Part shown: in pieces, positions 12,844 through 25,006 of the stretch | Position numbering within the stretch: position 1 is the first letter of the stretch | How the letters are laid out: the number at the start of each line of letters is the position of its first letter | NCBI RefSeq assembly: GCF_039654945.1 | Contig: NW_027361690.1 | Coordinates: 63,302,001 to 63,366,000 of the forward strand | From: Dendrobates tinctorius | Lineage: Eukaryota | Reading direction: 5' to 3' | DNA length: 64,000 bases | The notes under the pieces: generated by a model | The model's database searches: none | Seen by the model: the letters and a program-made list of their open reading frames with translations, nothing else | Told to the model about the DNA's origin: nothing | Program-made: the position numbers and the translations under genes

Positions 12844-15800
12844 TAGTGATGAGCGAGCAATAAAATGCTCGGGTGCTCATTGCTTGAGTCGAGCAAATTG
12901 GAATGCTCGACCCGATCAACGAGCCCAATGTAAGTCTATGGGAAACTCGAGCATTTTTCCGTTGGCCCCCCCGGCGGTCTGCAGATGGACTAGAAATTGT
13001 GGAAATCAATGGGAACAGCATGGGCCAAGACTCCTGGAAGCATTTCTGACTCCCAGGTCACTGCTGTGAACAATGTTGTCAGAGTCTTACGCCACTTTTA
13101 CAGACTCACAATAAAACAAATAAAAACAAAACCAAAATGGATTTTTCTGGGAAATCTTTTAAGGAACATCCTTTCCAAGGTAATGACTTGTATATAAGGC
13201 AAAATAAATAACAAAAAACAAAAATGCCCTTCCACACCATGGGCTATGTTCACACATAGCATTTTTGATGCGTTTTTGAACTTTAGCATTGCTTTCAACA
13301 AAGACAAATGCATTCACTGTCAAATGTAATTTTAACACTTTGCAACCTTAACTGGCCATTTGGTGTGTGACACATCATCAGACGCATCATGTTTCATTTA
13401 TGAAGGAGGGACTCTGAAAGTCACAAAGCCTATTTTTATAGGGCCATCAGGCGGCCTTTACTATTCTTAGAGAGCCATAAACCGGCTATGCTTTATTGTT
13501 ACCATTAATAAACAGTGAATCTCCTATACTGTTATTGCACATGCAGTGAGTGGCAGGACTCATTTGGACGCACCCCATACCCCTTTGAAGAGACGTACAG
13601 GAGGACCTCCTAAAAAAAAAAGTTTTCATTATTAGGAAGTGGGTCTCCCATACTGTTTGCCTGTGCAGTGAATGCAATGGCTGCCAAAAATTTGGAGGCA
13701 CTCCAATGCCCCTTGGAAGAGATGTGGAGGAGGGTCTCATCAAAAAATGTTCCCTTTAGAAAGGAGCAGGTTTCCTATACTTGTAATTCCCATGCACTAA
13801 GTGTATGGGCTGTCACACATTTACATCTTGGGAGTTTACATGAACATACTGTATACCAATTTTTTTACAGGCATCATAAACACCCTTTAAAAAAATATGT
13901 CGGTGTTGCAATCACGGACCATGGTCACTCTGGTGATATGGTGGTGGAGGATGAGGATGAGGAGATGGAGGACAACAACAAATAGCCAAAATCAGGAAGC
14001 GTGTACCCATGTGTGGGTGTGAAGAGGTGCATGGAAATAGACCTAAAAAAGGACACTGGATTTGAGTTTGTTACACTGCTATCATTCGGTGGTGTAGAGA
14101 AGTCTGGCCAAATCCAGCCCTTGTTCATTTTTAAAAGAGTCAGCCTGTCAGCATTTTCAGTTGACAGACGGATGTGCTTATCAGTTATAATTCCACCAGC
14201 AGCACTAAAAACCTGCTCGGACAAAACGCTAATGGCAGGGCAGGACAGGACCTCCAAGGTATAGCGAGCCAGTTCATGCCACGTGTCCAGCTTGGATACC
14301 CAATAATTAAAAGGCACAGAGGAATCAAGGATGTTGGTACTGTCAGCAAGGTGCTCCCTCATCACCTTCCCAAACTTTGCACTCCTTTTGAGAGTACCTC
14401 ACGACCCAGGGCCTGTGCAATGGTAGGGTCTGAGAAAACTTTTCCAGAACTTTGCCAGTGTTACCCTGCCTCTGCTGGATTGGAGTTGTGTCCCTCTAGC
14501 CTGTACTCCTTGGTTGGCAATGAACTGTGACCTCTGCCGCCAGCGTTTTCACAGCATGGGCCAACTGGTACTGCCTAATTTAAGTAGATCTGTTTTCCTA
14601 TGGAATAAGAGAAAGTTCTCCTTGTAGTGTGGGTCTAGAAGTGTCACCAATCAGTAATGACTGTCCCCCAAAATTTGGAGAACTCTAGGGTCATGGAAAA
14701 GGCAGCGTAACATAAACTCAGCTATGAGTGCCAGACTGCTAACAGGCAAGACTTCTATGTCCTCACCAAGAGAAAACCAAAAACAAAACACAAAACAAAT
14801 ATCCTGGAATAAAAAAGTAAAAAAATATATTGCAAAAATTGCATGAAGGTAGTAATAATAGTAATAATAAGGGTATTTAGTTAACATAATTTTGATCAAA
14901 ATAATGTAGAAGCCATCCCGCCACGTCACGGCAACCCTTGTGGGACAGTCCTAACTCTTGTATTTAAAACCTTTCCACTTGTCAAGTGACGTAAATGTGA
15001 ACAAGGACAGAGGGACTGAACCACCAGTAATAGTGTAGGCCAGACAGGATGGATTTTCCAACTCAGAAACAGGGCGGTCACACCCTTATATGCACAGAAT
15101 GCACAATGAAACAAATGAGAAACTGGCCAGTTTCTCAGGTCCTCACCAAGAGGACAACTTACCATGCTCTCCTCCTCCTCCATATCCTTAAGCCATCCAC
15201 GCTCAACAGATGTCATGACAGTTGTGCAGGTAGTATCATCTATAGCGCATGAAACTAGTTTCTGTTTTTCCTCCTTCTCCTCCTCTTCCTCATTGTCAAC
15301 CAACCCATGTTGGGATGAGATAAGGCTGGGCTGTGTGTAATCACCCTGTATGGTCCCTTGCGCCCTCTCATCATGCTCTGTCTGCAATGCATCCTCTTTG
15401 ATAGTGAGCAGAGAGTGTTTCAGAACACAGAGAAGTGGGATGGTGATGCTAATTATGGCATCATCACCACTCACCATCTTGGTGGAGTCCTCAAAGTTTT
15501 GGAGGATGGTACATATGTCTGACATCCATGTCCACTCCTGAGGTCTTATGTGTGGTGTCTGAACTGAAGGTTAATCACATGGGCCAGGCATGGTATTTGT
15601 GTGAGCTCACCTCAGAGCCGCCACCAGGTTCCGGCCATTATCACACATGACCATGCCTGGCTGTAGGTTCAGTGATGTCAGCTACAGATCTGCCTGCTCT
15701 TTCAGAGCTGTCCACAACTTTTCAGCATTGTGCGGTTTTTCACCTAATCATATCAACTTCAGCACAGCCTGTTGCCGCTTGGCTGAGGCAGTGCTACAGT

Positions 15801-17600
15801 TCTTCCAGCTTGAGACTGATGTGGCCATTTTGGAGATGAGGCTGAAGAGGAGGAGGTACAGGAGCTGTAGACTGTGAGGGCAACCCTGATTGACCTAGGT
15901 CCCACAATCCTTGGCGTCGGGAGGGTGTGTTCCATCCTAAGGTCCAATTGGGTCCCGGCTTCCACTATGTTAACCCAGTGTGCCGTCACCAAGATGTACC
16001 ATCCTTGCCCACAAGCACTTGTCCACGGGTCCGTCATTAGGTGGACTTTCCCAGTAACAGCATTGTTGAGGGCACAGCTAATGTTGTAGACACATGCTTG
16101 TGTAATGCGGGGACGGCACTAAGGGAGAAATAGTGGTGGCTGGGGACCGAGTACTGAGGGACGGCCACCACCATCAGGAGTTCCATCTCCAACATTTTGA
16201 GTGCAAGCCGTTGCAAAATGTGTGAATTTAGTAGTGTGGCCTGTGGGGCGTTGGCTGCGTATTTGCGCTTGCGTTCCAAGGACAGGGGTATGGACAACTG
16301 AATGCTGCACTGAGACAAGGACGTGGATGTTCTTGATGATGGAGCTAGTTCAGTGTGTGCAATGACAGGTGCAGGACAAGAGGCATCTCCATATGCACTA
16401 TGGACAGTGGATTGACTTGTACATACAACAGCGGAAGAAACATTGTTGTTACCTGGAGACAGTGTTCCTGGACTCTGGGGTTCGCCCCTAAAGTCGGGTG
16501 CTTTGCTTTGCTGCCATGTGTCTGATCATGCTGGTGGTGGTCAGGCTGGTAGTTTTGCTACCCCTGTTGATGCTGGCCTGGCAGGTGGTGCAAATGGCCT
16601 TTTTGGGGTTATCAGCAGTGTCTTAAGAAAACAACCAAACTCAGGAAGACCTAACAGTTAAACTGGCAACTTCCATCATATTAATGTTACGGGGAATGGT
16701 TGTCCATCATCTGTCTGTGGCCACCACACTGCTTCTTCCTGCCTGTTGGGGTGCTATGCCTTCCTCCCCCTTTGTGCTGCTGTCCTTGCTCTGCATGTCC
16801 TCCTGCCAGGTTGGGTCAGTTTCTATATCATCCACCACCTCGTCTTCCACTTCCGCACCCTGGTCCTCCTCCTTACTTTCTGTCAAATGTGTCTCATCAT
16901 CGTCCACCTCTTGTGACACTTTCCCACCATCGCCTTCATGTGACCGTGGCGGCTCAAATATTTGAGCATCGCTACATGCGATCTCCTCTTGCCCCACTTC
17001 AAGTGGCCTGAGCAAAAGGCCCGAATCTATAAATGGAAAAGTGAACAGCTCTTCGGAATGTCCAAGTGTGGGATCAGTTGTCTTCGGGTACTCGGCATGG
17101 TGGGAGGAAGGAGGATCAGGCTGAGATATTTGCGGTCCAGATTCATGGCTACTCAGACTTGACCTTGTGGAAGACAGGGTGGTGGTGGTGGCAGCAAAGT
17201 GACAGGAAGCATTATTAGCTATCCAACCAGCAACCTTTTGACACTGCTTTGGGTTCAATAGTCGTGTGCTGCTGCGGTCCCCAAGTAATTGGGACAGGAA
17301 GGTCGGGCAAGATGTGGGTGTTTGTTTTTGGCACAATTTCTGCTTGCCCACGGCCTCTGCATGCACTATCACCATCACGTCTAGTTCACTACAAATGGTT
17401 GAATTTGGAGCGCACTGATGTGTGATCCGTGTGATGGACAAACCCCAGTTTAAAATATCTGACCTGTAGGTAACTGTTTTTTTCAGCAAACTGGTGTCAA
17501 TAACTTGGCTAAGACACTACAACAAAATTTAAATGGAAGCCTGAAATGGCACAATTTTGAGTGCACTGATAAATGGTCCGTGTGATGGACAAACCCCAGT
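12844..17600 (-). mobile_element. Decayed hAT DNA transposon (BED finger, DDE and dimerization domain transposase pseudogene)
   Basis: TIR tagtgatgagcg at 12844. Dimerization motif CPAISVLSEQVFSAAG (13925-14365), CDNGRNLVAA (~15640), TDPWTS..VTAHW (15759-16037), BED CTTC...RH (~16510-16600). Confidence 0.9.
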
Positions 17601-19306
17601 TTGTCACTACCAAGTGGAGTCCTCTGGACAGGGACATTCACACTAGTTTGCTAGGCACCTCATGTAACACTGGTTTTCCCATGTCTCGGCTCCCCATGAG
17701 TGAATCGCCTCTCCAGCAGGATACACCCTGATGCTGGAATGCTATATCTAATACCAATGGTGAGACCAAACCATTTTTTATTGAGCACTGGTTCACATGA
17801 ACACTTTTTTGTAATGTTTTTGTGTTATGTCCTTTTAATGGTTCATTAAAGGTTATGTTTTAATTTACTTTATGTGGGATACTCTCCAGGCTGTGTGCAA
17901 CATTTAACCCCTGATGTTTTTTTGGAATAGTGTTAAAAAGCTCACACTATAGCTGAGTGTATCCAGTACATGTCACACAAGCACATGGATTCCATATGGA
18001 TGGGACACACGAACATCAAACAAATACACGGATGTCACATACGTATATACGGATGGCACACTGACCACAGATCTCCCCAGTACTGGTTTCTCCAATATAG
18101 GAATCACCAGTATGTGTGAAAGGGGGATGAAGTATAATAAGTACTATAGTTCCTGTATAGTCCATATAATAACCTATTTTCCAGATTAAAGTTCTTACCC
18201 CCAAAACAGAAGAAATCCAAAACATAAAATAGTTTATTGAAAAATAGGTTAGAAGATTTAAAAAGTTGTGTATTATGGAATGCCTCTACAAGGGGGCACA
18301 AAATACACCTGACAAAGAAAAAACATAAGATGAAATAAAATACGTAGTATGGAGTTAAGTAAAAAAGGGGTACTTTGATTATAACAGACATAGTGTCTAT
18401 AGAAAAAAACACTGTGGTTCCTCTTTAAAAAGACTGTGGCTGCGCACAAAAAAAACACTTCTCCATCATGCCGGTAGTATTTACTACAATACAAACTAAT
18501 ATAGAGAAGTAGCACAAATATCCTAAAGTAGCATTTATGTCAGATCATAAAAAAGGATAATTAAATAAAGAATTGCCCTTAGACTATAATGAGTTAAAAT
18601 TCTTCGCAAAAAAAAAAAAAGGTAACAGCACATTAGTGAAAATCAGATGTGTGAATACAGCTCTAAATACCCAGTAAAAACTGTCAGTACAACTGTTGCA
18701 CAAAAGTATCTGCTAATAGCTGGTGAGGAGTCACTGGTTGGCAAACACTAATCATTCTTACTGATTCAATGTGGATCACCAAATTCTGTCATGAGTCCTG
18801 TAATTTCAGTTTCCTGCATGAGAATCTCTACCCTAGATCTGTAAGTGGTTCTAACCTACACAATAATCCATAATATTGGAGCCTGCAGCATTACACGCAC
18901 AGTAGCTTGCCCGTGCTGTAAAACTCAGCAGAGAGATTAGAACATGTAGGAAGTTCATTAGTTCTAGTTCTTTGAATCTCACCTTTTGATGATGCATCCA
19001 GCTGTCACTGATCTCAAACTAAACCTTTTATCTATGTCATTGCATTCAATGTTTTCTTTGACAAATTTGGAATGTAATTATTCATCTGGTACAAGTGTCC
19101 TGTCAACTATAAATGGCTTTAATTGTCTCGCTATCAGCCTTTTCTCCGCTAGAGAGCCTTTCAACAATTCACTCTGTGCGCTTCGTTTGTGTTTAGCTAA
19201 CTTTTCAGCATGTCTACCGGTTTTTAATTTGTGCTGATCTGTGCTTACATCAGTATGTCACATTTTTTACTGTACCAAGATTAATTACAGTAAAACAAGC
19301 AAACAC

Positions 19307-19979
19307 TAGGGATGAGTGAATAGCTTTGGACAGGGCCGCCATCAGGGTATTACTGTCCTGACTGGAGTATGGGGCCCGATCAGCAGAGGGGGCCCGCATC
19401 AGGCCTCGTCACCTCTACCCATCAGGCCCCACTGCCCCGCCCCCAGCGGCAGGATTCTGCCGATCAAGTAACTGAACCTGCGTCCAGGACACAGGTTCAG
19501 TTACCCTATTTCAAAGAGAGAGCGGTGTGGCTGTGGACAGTTTGAGGGGTGGAGGCGAGGCTGGGGTGGAGCCTGGGCGGAATCTCAAGGGGGCCCCAAA
19601 AATTTTGCCACTATGGGGCCCTGAACTTCCCAGTGGCAGCCCTGGCTACAGATAAGAGCTTATCAGAATAGCTATAGCACTTACCATATAACTGCATCGG
19701 GAACCCGGATACCTGGAGCGCTCCCGATGATGAGCTGTTCAATGCCACAGCTGCATTTGTAGCGGCTGTTTCACTGTCACAACACCTGTATGGAGAGCCC
19801 AACACACAGGCTCTCCAAACAAGTGTTGTGACTGTCACACAGCAGCGACACATGCAGCTGCGGCGCTGGACAGCTGATCATCGAGAGCGCTCCAGGTATC
19901 CAGGTTCACGATGCAGCTGTTTGGTAAGCGCTATAGCTATTCGGATAAGCACTTAGCCAAAGCTATTCGATCAACCCTA
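19307..19979. mobile_element. hAT-type MITE with a second hAT MITE nested at 19331-19644
   Basis: Outer TIRs tagggatgagtgaatagcttt / aaagctattcgatcaacccta. Inner cagggccgcc...ggcagccctg. 8-bp TSDs only partly conserved. Confidence 0.7.
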
Positions 19980-19992
19980 GCAAAATACATAG

Positions 19993-22765
19993 CACTACTC
20001 TTGATGTCATTGGAATCACTGAAACTTGGTGGGACAATACACATGATTGGAATACAAGACTAGAAGGATACAACTTATTTGCAAGAAACAGACTTGATAA
20101 ACGAGGAGGGGGTGTCGCATTGTATGTTCGAAACGCGTATATCTGCACAGAGATTGAAGCTTCAGAGACTGGGAGTTCTGTGGAAACTGTTTGGGTAAGA
20201 ATACAAGGACAGAACAATGGAAAGGACACCATTGTAGGCATTTACTACAGGCCGCCTGTGCAAGCCGAAGATATAGATGAACTCTTTATGCATCAGATGG
20301 CCAAGTTCTCCAAAAAATATGACATAGTTGTCATGGGAGATTTCAACTATCCAGACATTTGTTGGGAATCTCTCTCAGGCAAAACTAACAGGTCAAGGAA
20401 ATTCTTATCCTCTCTTGCTGACAACTTTATCTTCCAAAAGGTAAGGGAGAAAACAAGGGGAACTGCTACCTTGGATCTAATCCTTATAAACAGGGAGGAA
20501 ATGGTTGAGGAGGTAAAAGTGGCTGGGACCCTAGGAGGTAGCGACCATGCTATTTTAGAATTTTGGATAACTAGAGGTGGAAGACCTGTGAAGACTCAGA
20601 CGTCAAGGTTAGATTTCAGAAAGGCAGATTTTAAGGGATTCAGAAAGAGAATTGGAGGGATCCAATGGCTGGATATCCTTAAAGACAAAAATGTCCAGGA
20701 AGGATGGGAAATCTTGAAAAATGAAATTCTCAAAGCACAGTTGTTAACAATTCCGAAAAGAGGGAAGAATAGGAAGCATTTAAGGAAACCAGGATGGATG
20801 AACACAGAACTTAAGCACATGCTAAAAAGGAAGAAAAAAATGTTTATAAAATGGAAAGAGGGAGGCATATCTAAAGAAGAATATAATGCTGTCTGCAGAA
20901 CCTGCAGGGCACAAATCAGAATATCTAAAGCTGAAAATGAACTGAGGCTTGCAAGAGATGTCAAAAGCAATAATAAAGGATTTTGGGGATATGTCAAAAG
21001 TAAAAGAAAAGTCAAAGATGCTATAGGATTTTTACAGGATGAAAATGATGAAATGGTAAGACAGGATGTTGAGAAGGCTGAACTTTTAAATTCCTATTTT
21101 GCATCTGTTTTCTCTCAGAAAGGAAATGCAACATCAACTGTTATTCACTGTCCTATTAAGGGAATAGAAGAATCCAGGATATCTATAAACAGAAAGATAG
21201 TGAGGAAACACTTAGCTAACCTAAATGAATTCAAGTCTCCAGGTCCAGATGAATTACACCCCAGAGTACTGAAGGAGATAGCAGAAGAAATTTTTGAACC
21301 CCTCTCCATAATCTTTGAAAATTCTTGGAGAACAGGAGAAGTGCCAGAAGACTGGAGAAGAGCAAATGTTGTTCCTATCTTCAAAAAGGGGAAGAAGGTG
21401 GACCCAGGCAACTATAGGCCGGTGAGTCTGACTTCTATACCAGGAAAGATCTTTGAACAAATTATTAAACAACATGTATGTCAATACCTGGATAAGAATG
21501 AAGTGATTAAACAGAGTCAGCATGGGTTTGTAACTAATAAGTCATGTCAGACTAACTTAATTTCCTTCTATGACGGTATCACTGATTGGGTGGATCAAGG
21601 AAATGCTGTAGATATAGTATATCTTGACTTCAGCAAAGCATTTGACAAAGTCTCTCATACAATCCTTATTGAAAAAATGACTAAGTATGGAATGGACAAG
21701 GCAACTGTTAGGTGGATTCATAACTGGCTTAGTGATCGGACCCAAAGAGTGGTCGTAAATGGCTGCACATCCAGTTAGAAGAATGTCTCAAGTGGGGTAC
21801 CACAGGGCTCTGTCCTGGGCCCTGTATTGTTCAACATCTTTATCAACGATTTAGATGAAGGAATTGAGGGTAAACTGATTAAATTTGCTGATGACACAAA
21901 GCTAGGAGGGATAGCTAATACTAGAGAAGAGAGAGAGAGGATTCAAAAAGATTTAAATAAACTGGAGAAGTGGGCAGCAACTAACAGAATGGTTTTTAAC
22001 AGGGAGAAATGCAAAGTACTACATCTGGGCAATAAAAATGAAAAAAGCATATATAGAATGGGAGGAATAGGGCTAAGTGACAGCACATGTGAAAAAGACT
22101 TGGGTATACTAATAGATCACAGACTGAATATGAGTCAACAGTGTGATGTAGCAGCAAAAAAGGCAAATGCAATTCTAGGATGTATTAACAGAAGCATACA
22201 GTCTAGATCACGTGAAGTCATTATTTCCCTCTACTCCTCTTTGGTCAGACCTCATCTGGAATATTGTGTCCAGTTTTGGGCACCACATTTTAAAAAAGAC
22301 ATCAACAAACTGGAGCAAGTTCAGAAAAGAGCAACCAGAATGGTGACCGGTCTGCAAACCCTGTCTTATGAGGAAAGATTGCAGGATTTGGGAATGTTTA
22401 GTTTGCAAAAGAGAAGACTGAGAGGAGACTTAATAGCTGTCTACAAATATCTAAAGGGCTGTCACATTGTAGAAGGATCAACTTTATTCTCATTTGCACA
22501 AGGAAAGACTAGAAGCAATGGGATGAAACTGAATGGGAAGAGACTCAGATTAGATATTAGAAAAAACTTTTTGACAGTTAGAGTGATCAATGAGTGGAAC
22601 AGGCTGCCATGAGAAGTGGTGAGTTCTCCTTCAATGGAAGTCTTCAAACAGAGGCTGCACAGACATCTGACTGGGATGATTTAGCGAATCCTGCTTTGAG
22701 CAGGGGGTTGGACCAGATGGCCCAGGAGGTCCCTTCCGATTCTATGATTCTATGATTCTATGATT
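19993..22765 (+). mobile_element. CR1 LINE, near-complete ORF2 (APE endonuclease plus RT), 5'-truncated
   Basis: ITETWW, GDFN, SDH, FADD motifs. 20120-21778 and 21827-22612 are in the same frame, split by one TAG. (ATTCTATG)n tail. Confidence 0.97.
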
Positions 22766-23028
22766 GTAACACAGATATTAAATCAGTACCATGCAAGACA
22801 CTGATACGGTATGTTACTTGTAATACCCTTTATGGGCTTATTCATTAGTAAGCATCCCCTAATTAATGGGCTCAGATGAACAGCACTGCTGCATCCCCAA
22901 CTAGTGTCCTGCATTCAACATCCAGCCGAGGCATTATGTGAGCACCATAGCAAATCTGCAGTGGTTGATCAGCTGATGTGGTCACTTTCTGCCCCTGATT
23001 GACTGTAGCGCTCATGTTACCCCCCCCA

Positions 23029-23453
23029 GAGGCTCCACGGACTTTATTTGTGCATTCATATTTCCCAGGGAGCATTGCACCTAGGATTTCACTGATTGAG
23101 CGCCTTTGCTTTCTGCCGCAGTGTTTTCTTTGACTGGTCTCCCTGAGGTCAGTGATTGTTTCGTGATTTTGGTCTACTAGGCATTGCACCCACCTAGCCA
23201 GAATCCTACTCCACACTGATGAGGGGCAACACCCCGAAACAGCTGTCTGTGGATGGATACCTGGCCTTGGTATTTGCCTTGTCATATCTGTAAACTCGTA
23301 AAGAGCTGGATATTGACTTAAAGGGCCACTTAATATGGTGGTAATGGTGGTTTCCGAAAGGAGCCACCCCTTGGCTGGGTCCTTCCCTGGAGGAAGATCT
23401 GGCTAGTCCCGTTTTTGAGACTCTCAAATGAGGCTCCACGGACTTTATTTGTG
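23029..23453 (+). mobile_element. Retrozyme-like 401-nt unit with 24-bp terminal redundancy
   Basis: gaggctccacggactttatttgtg at 23029-52 and 23430-53; central canonical HHR; homologous to the 352-nt unit at 27867-28502. Confidence 0.75.
23210..23253 (+). ncRNA. Canonical minimal type I hammerhead ribozyme
   Basis: UCCACA-CUGAUGA-GGGG CAACA CCCC-GAAAC AGCU GUC|UGUGGA. Predicted cleavage after 23247. Confidence 0.93.
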
Positions 23454-24280
23454 TACCTCATATTGAAAGAACACATACTGAAAATAACAAATGATATACA
23501 TCAACTAAGAAAAATACATTAAATAAAGCCCAATATACTGTAGGTGAGTAATATATATTTGCTAGGTGGATGAATGGTGAACCATTCGGAAAAACACAGG
23601 GAACCAAGAGAGGATGTACCAAACCTGAGGTCCAAAGAAGAAGGTGTGGGACGAATGATGCAAGGATAAAAGTACCTTTATTAAACAAGAATGGTAAATG
23701 GTAGCACTGCATGCAAAGAAGTGCCCGCACTTGAATGAAAAACAATGATAAATAAACACGATAAAAAATAAATATTTATAAATGATGGATTATTCAAAAA
23801 CTAAAAACCCCTAGACCACTGAATGAAGATAGGGTATTCCAAGTAAGTGATAAGCCATATAATGACATTAGATGAATATTACAGTGAGTAGTAGGTGGTG
23901 ATAAACCCCCCCAAAAAATCATATGCATACATTGCCTGAAGCAAAAAAAGGGAGCAAAGATGTGGACAATGAAAGAGTGCCTCATGAGACATGATGAGTG
24001 TCAATCAAGTAAGTGACTGAGTAAGGATGAAAGACAAAAAAGGAGACCAAAGGTGTAAAAAGTGGAGCTACAATGCGGGTTAAAAAAATCATCCAGTAAA
24101 TATTGTTCACTGACCTTTTGAATGTGTATAGTGACAGCATTATATTGTTGGTTTTAAGTTCGTATTTTTGTACTGTTTAAAGATTTTTAATGTGTGCTGG
24201 TGTGAAAAATCTGAACCATGTGATGGAGGACGGGGTTTTTTGAATCCTTGGTCAATATAAAACCCTGACTCACTGGTATA

Positions 24281-24334
24281 ACACTAGGTTATGACTAAGG
24301 GGCGTATTTGGCCCTGAAACGTGTAAACCGGTGT
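24281..24334 (+). ncRNA. Minimal hammerhead ribozyme, A3:U8 core variant
   Basis: ACACUAGGUU-AUGACUA-A-GGGGC GUAUUUG GCCCU-GAAAC GU GUA|AACCGGUGU. TATAAAA about 25 nt upstream. Confidence 0.7.
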
Positions 24335-24768
24335 CTGGGACCTCTGCTATTTCTGCCATTTTTTTCTATTGTCGGTTGTCTATGCTTTATATGAAGATTT
24401 TGGAATAAAGTCAGTTGGAGTGCAACCTCTTTGTGCTGGATTTTTTACTACTAATAAAATGACTGTCACAAAATTAGCCAAAGGCGTACAAGTATATAGT
24501 CAGGAGAAGTGTTAATAATCAAACAGTAGGAAGACACTTGAATTGAGAAAGTGTCCTCGGAAGCAAGTATAGGTTAAAATGAATGATATAGAAGACACAG
24601 GTATATGGCATGGATGCAGAGGTCCACGTATGCTGGATGAATGAAAAAGTGAACGTGTCTCAAATATCAAGTTAATAAGTGGAGTCTAAATGAATGGGTA
24701 TATAATGAGGACAAAATAAAGGTGGCTCAACAAGCAGGGAGGAGATACCTGGGTGGTTCATAGTTTAC

Positions 24769-25006
24769 TAATAATAATAATAATCTTTATTTTTATATAG
24801 CGCTAACATATTCCGCAGCGCTTTACAGTTTGCACACATTATCATCATTGTCCCCAATGGGGCTCACAATCTAAATTCCCTATCAGTATGTCTTTGGAAT
24901 GTGGGAGGAAACCGGAGAACCCCCACACAAACACGGGGAGAACATACAAACTCCTTGCAGATGTTGTCCTTGGTGGGATTCGAACCCAGGATCCCAGCGC
25001 TGCAGC
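24769..25006 (-). mobile_element. tRNA-derived SINE (same family as 8560), 5'-truncated, L2-like tail
   Basis: B box gggttcgaatccc on minus; tail gcgctatataaaaataaag(att)n. Confidence 0.85.
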
